Source: a virus. Taken from it: 31,278 bases of DNA. This document shows positions 24,644 through 30,800 of the stretch, one piece after another. Every line of letters starts with the position of its first letter. Position 1 is the stretch's first letter. The notes under the pieces were generated by a model. That model did no database searches and had not been told where the DNA came from. It saw only the letters and a program-made list of their open reading frames with translations. The stretch is from positions 1 to 31,278 of the IMG/VR virus record IMGVR_UViG_3300045988_019785. The stretch is one strand, 5' to 3'. A program made the translations under genes and the position numbers.

Positions 24644-24682
24644 CGTAGCACGCGGGCGTAGCACGCGGGCGTAGCGCTACGC
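24644..24682. repeat. 13-bp tandem repeat (CGTAGCACGCGGG x2.6) ending in a 14-bp perfect palindrome GCGTAGCGCTACGC
   Basis: Units at 24644-24656 and 24657-24669, with a partial third unit. Palindrome at 24669-24682. Flanked by alternating (CG)n stretches (24636-24642 and 24691-24700). Confidence 0.85.
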
Positions 24683-24713
24683 GTGCATGACGCGCGCGCG
24701 TACGAGGCCGGGA

Positions 24714-24759
24714 CCCCTTCCCCGCCTTCCCCCCAAACCCCCCTATCCACCCTAACCCC
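24714..24759 (-). repeat. Second G-run tract on the minus strand, G-quadruplex-prone
   Basis: Plus strand ccccttccccgccttccccccaaacccccctatccaccctaacccc has C-runs of 4, 4, 6, 6, 3 and 4. Confidence 0.6.
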
Positions 24760-24807
24760 TGAGAGTCTCTCTCTGGCGTTTACGCCTGAGAGAGAGACTC
24801 TCAGGGG
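24756..24807. repeat. Large perfect hairpin/cruciform 1 (19-bp stem plus an apical 4-bp GGCG/CGCC mini-stem)
   Basis: 24756-24774 (cccctgagagtctctctct) pairs perfectly with 24789-24807. The apex GGCGTTTACGCC lies at 24775-24786. Confidence 0.9.
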
Positions 24808-24810
24808 GAG

Positions 24811-24868
24811 TTAGTTAGTTATATATTTCTCTCTTTAGAGGGGGTATGGGGGAGACCTTTCTCTCTTT
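24811..24868. repeat. AT-rich island (ttagttagttatatatt) plus two copies of TTTCTCTCTTT between the two big hairpins
   Basis: TTTCTCTCTTT occurs at 24826-24836 and 24858-24868. This is the only strongly AT-rich stretch in a very GC-rich region of about 1 kb, so it is a candidate DNA-unwinding element. Confidence 0.6.
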
Positions 24869-24892
24869 GTGGGCGTCCTGACCGCTCAGCGC

Positions 24893-24979
24893 CCCGCCGT
24901 GTGAGCCCTCGGTCCAGGGGGCCCCGGGGCCCCAGGCGTAAACGCCGGGCCCCGGCCCTGGACCGAGGGACACGGCGGG
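24893..24979. repeat. Large imperfect hairpin/cruciform 2 (10 + 14 + 9 bp stems plus an apical GGCG/CGCC mini-stem)
   Basis: Pairings: 24893-24902 with 24970-24979, 24906-24919 with 24956-24969, and 24924-24932 with 24947-24955. The apex GGCGTAAACGCC (24935-24946) is the reverse complement of the apex of hairpin 1. Confidence 0.85.
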
Positions 24980-25191
24980 CAGGCACACACCGGGGATTGG
25001 CTTCAGCACGTCTGGCCGATCTGAGGAGGTGTGTGGTCTAGCACTTGGGGCAGTAGAAGCCAGGATGCCTCTGAGAGCCCCAGGAAGGCGCCTAGGAGGG
25101 CCTAGCAGGGTCGGGGTGGCACTGGAGTACCCCCAGACGATTTGAGGCCGTCTGAGGCGAGATACTGAAGCTCTCAGGAGGTGTTGCAGGG

Positions 25192-25506
25192 TTGCGGGGA
25201 GTGTGCTACCATGAGGTCATGGAGTTTCCACGAGAGATTGTTAAGCGAGTTGTCGAGGTGCCGGGGTGGGATGACATACCAGCGCTACCTTGCGCACAAC
25301 GGCTGGAAGAGGCTGGCATGGTCCACGAGGACCAAAGCAAGACCACACGCCTGAGGTACCGGGCGCGGCTTGCGGACTATCCGGTGGAGTCGTATGAGGC
25401 GAGGGCGATCTCACAGGCAGTGCCGACGTACGGCACACGTGTGGTCCAGCTGGAGAGTGTGATCGAGCTTGGGGTGATCTGGGTGAAGGTGACCGTGGCA
25501 TGGTGA
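25192..25506 (+). CDS. Hypothetical protein (104 aa); start uncertain
   Basis: AGGAGG (25176-25181) lies 10 nt before TTG 25192. Alternative in-frame starts are GTG 25201 and ATG 25219. The codon pattern looks coding, but I found no promoter upstream and the region is GC-rich, where spurious ORFs are common. Confidence 0.45.
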   Translation: MRGVCYHEVMEFPREIVKRVVEVPGWDDIPALPCAQRLEEAGMVHEDQSKTTRLRYRARLADYPVESYEARAISQAVPTYGTRVVQLESVIELGVIWVKVTVAW

Positions 25507-25518
25507 CGGCGTGTCGAG

Positions 25519-25547
25519 TTGACATGCTAGGGGGTACCTGCTAGGGT
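25519..25547 (+). promoter_or_regulatory. Sigma70-type promoter (plus strand): TTGACA-17 bp-TAGGGT, candidate promoter of the packaging/late operon
   Basis: Perfect -35 TTGACA (25519-25524), 17-bp spacer (25525-25541) and -10 TAGGGT (25542-25547), the same -10 as the early promoter at 24564. A leader of about 155 nt follows before the HNH ATG. Confidence 0.65.
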
Positions 25548-25692
25548 GTATACCAGGGTAGAAGATATACCCTGGGTACTGGTTTGGAGTACCCCCTGGA
25601 TTGGAACCCCGGGGGTACTCGGGTAAGGTACCCCAGGGGGTGCAGGAATAGCCCCCTGGGGTATACCCCGGTAGGTACCCCCGTAGTACCCC
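25529..25692. repeat. Dense array of GGGGTAC / GTACCCC heptamers and related palindromes (iteron-like)
   Basis: GGGGTAC at 25531 and 25612. GTACCCC at 25589, 25628, 25675 and 25686. GGGGTATACCCC palindrome at 25658-25669. CCAGGGTA-N7-TACCCTGG at 25553-25575. Confidence 0.85.
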
Positions 25693-25708
25693 TGGTAGGA
25701 CGTGTAGG

Positions 25709-26092
25709 ATGCCATATTCAGCCCCTGAGCGATGCTGGTGCGGAGAGCTAGGTTTGCCAGGCACAGCGTTGTGCCTGGCCCACACACCGACAAAGTCTGG
25801 ATGGGAATTGCGTCCAACTGCTTGGCTAGAAGTAGATAACAAAACTAGGTACAAATGGCAGAAGTTAAGGAAAAGATTCTTGAAACAGAATCCTTACTGT
25901 AATTTGTGCGGAATGATTGCAACAGAAGTTGATCACATTCAAGGAATTAAAATAATAAAGAACAAAATAAAAATTCTAGATGAAAATGAATTGCAATCGT
26001 TATGTCATGAATGTCATTCTAAGAAAACAAGGGAAGCGTCTAGAAAATCACGAATGCTCAATCAAAATGCGCGCCGGGGTAACTCTCCGTGA
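25709..26092 (+). CDS. HNH endonuclease (terminase-associated type)
   Basis: N-terminal Cys/His cluster (CWCGELGLPGTALCLAH), then ...YKWQKLRKRFLKQNPYCNLCGMIATEVDHIQG...LQSLCHECHSKKT, the HNH/ββα-Me motif. It lies immediately upstream of terS/terL, as in HK97-type cos phages. Confidence 0.85.
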   Translation: MPYSAPERCWCGELGLPGTALCLAHTPTKSGWELRPTAWLEVDNKTRYKWQKLRKRFLKQNPYCNLCGMIATEVDHIQGIKIIKNKIKILDENELQSLCHECHSKKTREASRKSRMLNQNARRGNSP

Positions 26093-26116
26093 AATACAGG
26101 TTAGTTGATCGTTAAA

Positions 26117-26131
26117 GTGAACAGTGTTCAC
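26117..26131. repeat. 15-bp perfect palindrome GTGAACAGTGTTCAC overlapping the terS start codon
   Basis: gtgaaca-g-tgttcac. It spans the junction of the 31-bp HNH-terS intergenic spacer and the terS start; its central GTG (26124-26126) is the annotated terS start. Confidence 0.8.
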
Positions 26132-26528
26132 TGTTTTGGAAGAAGGTGTTATTTTGACCGAAGAAGAGCGTTTTAGTGAGATTCCTCCTGGAATCGCCAA
26201 TAATGAGGTTTTGCGAGGTGTGTGGTCCGAGCTTGTGGGTATGATGCCCAAGGAAGTTCTTGACAACCTTGATGAAATGGATGGCCTGTTTATCGAGGCT
26301 ATGTGTAGGCATTATGCTATTGCACGAAAAGCCTCGAATGAGGTTATTTCAGCTGATTCAGTATTGGTTACTGATAACCCAAATCACAGGATGCAGAAGC
26401 ACCCAGCTGAGGTTATTTTTAGGTCACAGTCACAGGCATTCCTTGCTTATATGAAAGAGGCTGGATGGACGCCTAAAGCAAGGAATTCGGGTAAGAATAA
26501 AGACACTGATAACCCATTCCTTATGTAA
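26124..26528 (+). CDS. terS: Terminase small subunit (P27 family-like)
   Basis: 134 aa. The pattern ...VWSELVGMMP...LDEMDGLFIEAMCRHYAIARKASNEV...NPNHRMQKHPAEVIFRSQSQAFLAYMKEAGWTPKARN matches the P27-family small terminase. Position is between HNH and terL. The start is uncertain (GTG 26124 or a downstream TTG). Confidence 0.7.
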   Translation: MFTVLEEGVILTEEERFSEIPPGIANNEVLRGVWSELVGMMPKEVLDNLDEMDGLFIEAMCRHYAIARKASNEVISADSVLVTDNPNHRMQKHPAEVIFRSQSQAFLAYMKEAGWTPKARNSGKNKDTDNPFLM

Positions 26529-26538
26529 TCAGAATACG

Positions 26539-28212
26539 ATGAATAATGTAATTCCTAATGAAATTAAAGATTATTTAGTCAGTAGGAAGCTAGATATACC
26601 TGAAAGGGGACCACACCTCAAGTGTCCTGATCCTGGTGGTGTGGTCCACGGTATGCAAGTGCGATTTAACCCGAAGAGCGTAGATCATGCTCTTCGGGTT
26701 ATTTCTGCATTAAGGCATACTAAAGGCCGTTGGGCAGGTAAGCCCCTTAAGCTAACTAATGTGCAGATAGCCTACATTGTGGCCCCGCTGTTTGGCTGGC
26801 AAGTCTATGATGATTCTTTAGGGCGTTGGCTGAGGTTGTATAGGGATGCCTATATTGAAATGCCACGTAAAGGAGCTAAGTCCACACTGGCTAGTGCACT
26901 AGCCATGGTGCTCGCTTTCGGTGATCACGAGGGTGGCGCTGAGGTCATTATCGGGGCAGCTTCGCGAGATCAGGCAGGGGCGTGCTTCACGCCGCTTAAG
27001 CAACTTGTCGACAATAGCCCGCTATTGAAGCAGGCCGGCATCAGATCACTGCATAACTCGATCAAGCAGGACAGGACGAGCTCTGTCATCAAGGTTGTCT
27101 CTAGCAAGGGTGATCTGGCGCACGGTGCCAACCTCCACGGGGCTATCTGTGACGAGCTGCACGTGCATAAGAGCCTTAGCTTGCTAGAGGCTATGGAGAC
27201 AGGTACAGGTGCTCGTGAGCAGCCTCTGACGATGGTGATCACCACAGCTGATGACGGCAGTGTGGGTACGCCGTACGACCAGCGCCGAGAGCTGGTAGAC
27301 AACATATGTAAGGGGGTTGTAGAAGCCCCTAGATCGTTCTGCGTGGTGTGGTCTGCTGACCCTGATGATGACCCCTGGTCGGAAGAGACGTGGGCTAAGG
27401 CTAATCCTCTGTACCCCGTAACTCCGTCAAGAGCATTCATGCAGTCTGCTGCTGATAAAGCTAAGACTGACCCTGTGGCTAAGGCCAGCTTCCTGAGACT
27501 GCACCTAGGCATCAGAGGTAGGCTGGACGAGTCATGGATCAGCAGGGCTGACTGGATGAAGGGGTCTGTGGCCCAGCTGGACATTGAGGGTAGACAGTGC
27601 TATGGCGGCCTGGACCTTGCAGCTGTGTCGGACCTTACAGCACTGGTGTGGTTGTTCCCAGCAGAGGACGGTACCTACCAGATGCTGCCTAGATTCTTCT
27701 TGCCTGAGGCTGCGCTGGCTGAGCTTGACAGGGCCACATACCGTAATGCGAGTGTGTGGGCTAGCCGTGGGTTGATTAAGCTGACTCCAGGTAATGTCAC
27801 TGATTATGATTTTGTTAAAGCTCAGATTGATGAGGACGCTAAGCATTACGACATTCAGTGCATAGGCTTTGACCCGTGGAATGCTACTCAGGTATCTAAT
27901 GATCTTCAAGCTGATGGGTACAGACTTGAGAAAGTCCGTCAGGGGTTTGTCTCTATGTCAGGCCCTATGAAAGAGATTCAGAGGCTGGTTATGCAGGGGG
28001 GTGCTATTAAACATGACGGTAATCCCCTTATGGCGTGGCAGATAGACAATATCCGTCCTGCTATGGATCCTGCTGGTAATATTAAACCTGCTAAGCAAAA
28101 GAAGCGCGATAAGATCGATGGTGTGGCTGCGCTAGTAACAGCTATGAATGTGTGGCAATTCCACAAAACAAAAGTATCGGCTTACGGCGTGTCGGGGCTA
28201 GAATCTATTTGA
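26539..28212 (+). CDS. terL: Terminase large subunit
   Basis: 557 aa. ATPase region (PRKGAKST Walker A-like, ICDELH Walker B) and a C-terminal RNaseH-like nuclease (GLDLAAVSD, IGFDPWNA, DGVAALVTAM). Typical of the Terminase_1 family. Confidence 0.95.
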   Translation: MNNVIPNEIKDYLVSRKLDIPERGPHLKCPDPGGVVHGMQVRFNPKSVDHALRVISALRHTKGRWAGKPLKLTNVQIAYIVAPLFGWQVYDDSLGRWLRLYRDAYIEMPRKGAKSTLASALAMVLAFGDHEGGAEVIIGAASRDQAGACFTPLKQLVDNSPLLKQAGIRSLHNSIKQDRTSSVIKVVSSKGDLAHGANLHGAICDELHVHKSLSLLEAMETGTGAREQPLTMVITTADDGSVGTPYDQRRELVDNICKGVVEAPRSFCVVWSADPDDDPWSEETWAKANPLYPVTPSRAFMQSAADKAKTDPVAKASFLRLHLGIRGRLDESWISRADWMKGSVAQLDIEGRQCYGGLDLAAVSDLTALVWLFPAEDGTYQMLPRFFLPEAALAELDRATYRNASVWASRGLIKLTPGNVTDYDFVKAQIDEDAKHYDIQCIGFDPWNATQVSNDLQADGYRLEKVRQGFVSMSGPMKEIQRLVMQGGAIKHDGNPLMAWQIDNIRPAMDPAGNIKPAKQKKRDKIDGVAALVTAMNVWQFHKTKVSAYGVSGLESI

Positions 28213-28254
28213 AATGTGTTATACTGTTTACAGGATTGAATTGGAGGTGTATTA

Positions 28255-30126
28255 GTGGGTTTCTGGTCTGGTATATTTAACCGACTTCAGGGCATTACCA
28301 CGTATGAGCCTCGGCAGTATAAGGTCGGCCCTACTGAGTTGGTTGATCTTTCCGGTGTTTCAGCCGCTAAGCTATTCAAGACTCAACCACACCTGCGTAC
28401 TGTGGTTACGTTCCTTGCCAGGAATATCGCGCATCTGGGTGTACACTCCTACGTTAAGCAGAGCGATGGGGGTAGGCTGAGGGATACCTCGTCCCCTGTT
28501 GGCGGGTTTCTCTCTGGTGCCAAAGCTAATGAGAGCATGACTCTGTATCAGCTGATCTACGCTCTCGTTGTGGATAAGGCCCTTTATGATAGGGCCTACT
28601 GGTGGCCAGTAGTGAACCAGAACGGTAACTGGGAAGTCTACCGCCTGCCCCCTAGTTGGGTTCAGACCAAGTCTGATAATTTCGGTAAGGTCACGCATGA
28701 GGTTAGCTTCGAGTCAGATAAGAAGCTTACCTTGGACAGTTCACGTGTGGTCTATTTCGGTGGCTATCACCCGACTGATCCCGGAGGGTGCAGCGCGACC
28801 ATTGTCAGTTTGAAGGAAGTACTGGCTGAGCAGATACAGGCATCTAAATACAGGCAGCAGTTGTGGGCTCGCGGTGGTAAAGTCTCTGCTGTGCTTCAAC
28901 GGCCTGTTGACGCACCCCGCTGGACTGACTCTCAACGAGAGAATTTCCGTGAGGACTGGTATGAGAAATATACCGGTTCAGGTAAGCGAGCTGGGGGTAC
29001 TCCTATTCTTGAGGATGGGATGACCCTTAACCGTGTGGACTTCAGTGCTACTGACCAGCAGTACATTGAGGGCGTTAAGCTTGCTTATAGCACGGTAGCT
29101 AACGCGTTCCATGTTAACCCCACAATGGTCGGAATTCTTGACAATGCTAATTACAGCAATGTCAGGGAATTCCGTAAAATGCTTTACGGAGATACTCTAG
29201 GTCCGCTTATTGCGGAAATAGAGTCCACTCTTAATGCATTCCTTATTCCTATTATGGGTGGGGCTAAAGGTAGCTATATTGAATTCAACGTAGCTGAAAA
29301 ACTTCAGGCTGATTTCGAGCAGCAAGCACAATGGTTCCAGTCGGCTGTGGGTTCGGCTTACATGACCCGTAATGAAGCTCGGGCTAGGTTGAACCTTCCT
29401 GCTATCGATGGTGGCGATGATCTGATCACACCACTGAATGTGAGTGTGGACCCTGGAGGGTACAACCAGAACTCAGGTGAGGTCAGGACTAAGTCTCGAG
29501 GTGTGCGTGTGGACCGTAAGTCATGGGTCAAGAGATACACCACAGTGCTTGAGGCTCATGCCAGGAAGAGGCTGTATAAGGCAGGTCGTGTGAAGACCAA
29601 GGCCACAGCTGATGAGTCGTTAGCTGAGGACCTGCTTGATCTAGATCTGGGGCTGACCAGTGAGGTAGGCAGCAAGCTACTCGAGGGGCGTGACGAGGAC
29701 TATGACAAAGGGTCTACTAAGTCATATCTAAAGAAGCGAGCTAAGCGTATCTCTCAGGGTATCGTTGATAGCCTAGAGGACCTAGAGGATGAGCAGGCTG
29801 AGTGGGAAGAGGCTATGGAGGGTGATGATCCTCCGGACACTGTCGAGCCTGTAGAGCACTGGCTGAAAGAAGCTGCCCTAGGCATGGCAGGGTCGATGGT
29901 TACGTGGGCTATGGGCTGGGCCACACAGGAGGCTGGCAGGCAGTCTGGTGCGGCTACCAAGACGTGGCATACGGGGCCTAATGCTCGAGATAGCCATGCT
30001 GCTATGGACGGTGAGCGTGTGGGCCTCGATGAGGAATTCTCTAACGGCATGAAGTATCCCGGTGATGATGATGACCCTGCTGAGGTTGCTCACTGTAATT
30101 GCACGACTAGCATAGATTGGGAGTAG
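28255..30126 (+). CDS. Portal protein fused to a MuF-like (SPP1 gp7-like) minor capsid domain
   Basis: 623 aa. GTG start with GGAGG 7 nt upstream. The N-terminal part of about 400 aa is HK97-type portal-like. The C-terminus ...NARDSHAAMDGERVGLDEEFSNGMKYPGDDDDPAEVAHCNCT is the Phage_Mu_F signature. Confidence 0.9.
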   Translation: MGFWSGIFNRLQGITTYEPRQYKVGPTELVDLSGVSAAKLFKTQPHLRTVVTFLARNIAHLGVHSYVKQSDGGRLRDTSSPVGGFLSGAKANESMTLYQLIYALVVDKALYDRAYWWPVVNQNGNWEVYRLPPSWVQTKSDNFGKVTHEVSFESDKKLTLDSSRVVYFGGYHPTDPGGCSATIVSLKEVLAEQIQASKYRQQLWARGGKVSAVLQRPVDAPRWTDSQRENFREDWYEKYTGSGKRAGGTPILEDGMTLNRVDFSATDQQYIEGVKLAYSTVANAFHVNPTMVGILDNANYSNVREFRKMLYGDTLGPLIAEIESTLNAFLIPIMGGAKGSYIEFNVAEKLQADFEQQAQWFQSAVGSAYMTRNEARARLNLPAIDGGDDLITPLNVSVDPGGYNQNSGEVRTKSRGVRVDRKSWVKRYTTVLEAHARKRLYKAGRVKTKATADESLAEDLLDLDLGLTSEVGSKLLEGRDEDYDKGSTKSYLKKRAKRISQGIVDSLEDLEDEQAEWEEAMEGDDPPDTVEPVEHWLKEAALGMAGSMVTWAMGWATQEAGRQSGAATKTWHTGPNARDSHAAMDGERVGLDEEFSNGMKYPGDDDDPAEVAHCNCTTSIDWE

Positions 30127-30800
30127 CGATTAAGACTAAGTCGTTTAAGGTTAAAGCAGAAGAGTCTGAGGAATCTGGGTCAGGCTATTTCGTAGGGTAT
30201 GCCTCAGTATTCGGTAATGTTGACTCTTACGGTGAGGTTATGGAGAAAGGCGCTTTCTCCGATACCCTGAAAGAATGGGAAGGCCGTAAGATCCCCGTCT
30301 TCTATGGGCATGACCTGACTAACCCCGAGAACAACATCGGATATGTTGAGTCTGCTGAGGAAGACGATACCGGCCTGCTTGTCAAGTGTGTGGTAGATAC
30401 TGAGGGTCCAGGCAATGGCCCGATCGTTTATAAGCTTTTGAAGGAAGGCCGAATTGACCGTATGTCTTTCGGCTTCTATGTTAATGACGCAGACCACAAA
30501 GGCGGCGTGACTTATATTAAGAAAGTCTCGCTGCTTGAGGTGTCTGTGGTCCCCGCTCCGGCTAATCCCGAGGCGGCTATCAATGAAGTTAAGTCATCTA
30601 AGAAAGAATCGGGTATGACTCCGGAAGACATTGAGAAACTGATTGTGGAGCCCATCCTTAAGCACATGGATGAGGCTTTCGAAAAGTATTGTGGCGATGA
30701 GGAAGAGGACCCTAAGCCTGAGGAGAAGCCGGCTGAAGACAAGCCAGCTGATGATCAGGCTAAGTCCATCCTCGCTGAGATTAAGGGGTTGTTTGCGTGA
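30117..30800 (+). CDS. Prohead maturation protease (HK97 / S78 family)
   Basis: ...GSGYFVGYASVFGNVDSYGEVMEKGAFSDTLKEWEGRKIPVFYGHD... is the S78 N-terminal signature. Acidic/Pro-rich C-terminal tail. The TTG start overlapping the portal end is uncertain. Confidence 0.85.
   Translation: MGVAIKTKSFKVKAEESEESGSGYFVGYASVFGNVDSYGEVMEKGAFSDTLKEWEGRKIPVFYGHDLTNPENNIGYVESAEEDDTGLLVKCVVDTEGPGNGPIVYKLLKEGRIDRMSFGFYVNDADHKGGVTYIKKVSLLEVSVVPAPANPEAAINEVKSSKKESGMTPEDIEKLIVEPILKHMDEAFEKYCGDEEEDPKPEEKPAEDKPADDQAKSILAEIKGLFA

Noticed and set aside
24644-24682. Possible CRISPR-like or minisatellite array (CGTAGCACGCGGG repeats).
   Set aside because: There are only 2.6 directly abutting 13-bp units with no spacers, so this is a short tandem repeat and not a CRISPR array.
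24756-24979. Hairpin-telomere (telRL-type) resolution site of a linear plasmid-prophage.
   Set aside because: No protelomerase, partition genes or lysogeny genes are present. An HNH plus terminase packaging module argues for cos- or pac-type ends.
24815-25009. 64-aa minus-strand ORF (…GPGPGPGVYAWGPGAPW…) in the control region.
   Set aside because: It is simply the translation of hairpin 2 and the CT repeats. The Gly/Pro low complexity arises from the GC-rich palindrome, and there is no start context.
11766-25190. Lysogeny module (integrase, attP, CI-like repressor) or tRNA genes.
   Set aside because: No tyrosine or serine recombinase motifs, HTH repressor or cloverleaf-like sequence was recognisable in any frame or intergenic region. 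This rests on inspection only, not on a tRNAscan or HMM search.
25411-25854. 147-aa and 96-aa minus-strand ORFs (25411..25854, 25527..25817) with Gly/Tyr/Pro-rich repeats, superficially collagen- or fibre-like.
   Set aside because: The repeats are the reverse translation of the GGGGTAC/GTACCCC DNA array. The ORFs run against the consensus + strand promoter and overlap the HNH N-terminus, which has a recognisable Cys/His cluster.
26970-27584. 204-aa minus-strand ORF inside the large terminase gene. The same applies to 27532..27909, 28372..28698 and 29754..30050.
   Set aside because: These are antisense to well-supported terL and portal genes. The Ser/Leu/Cys-rich composition is typical of shadow frames.
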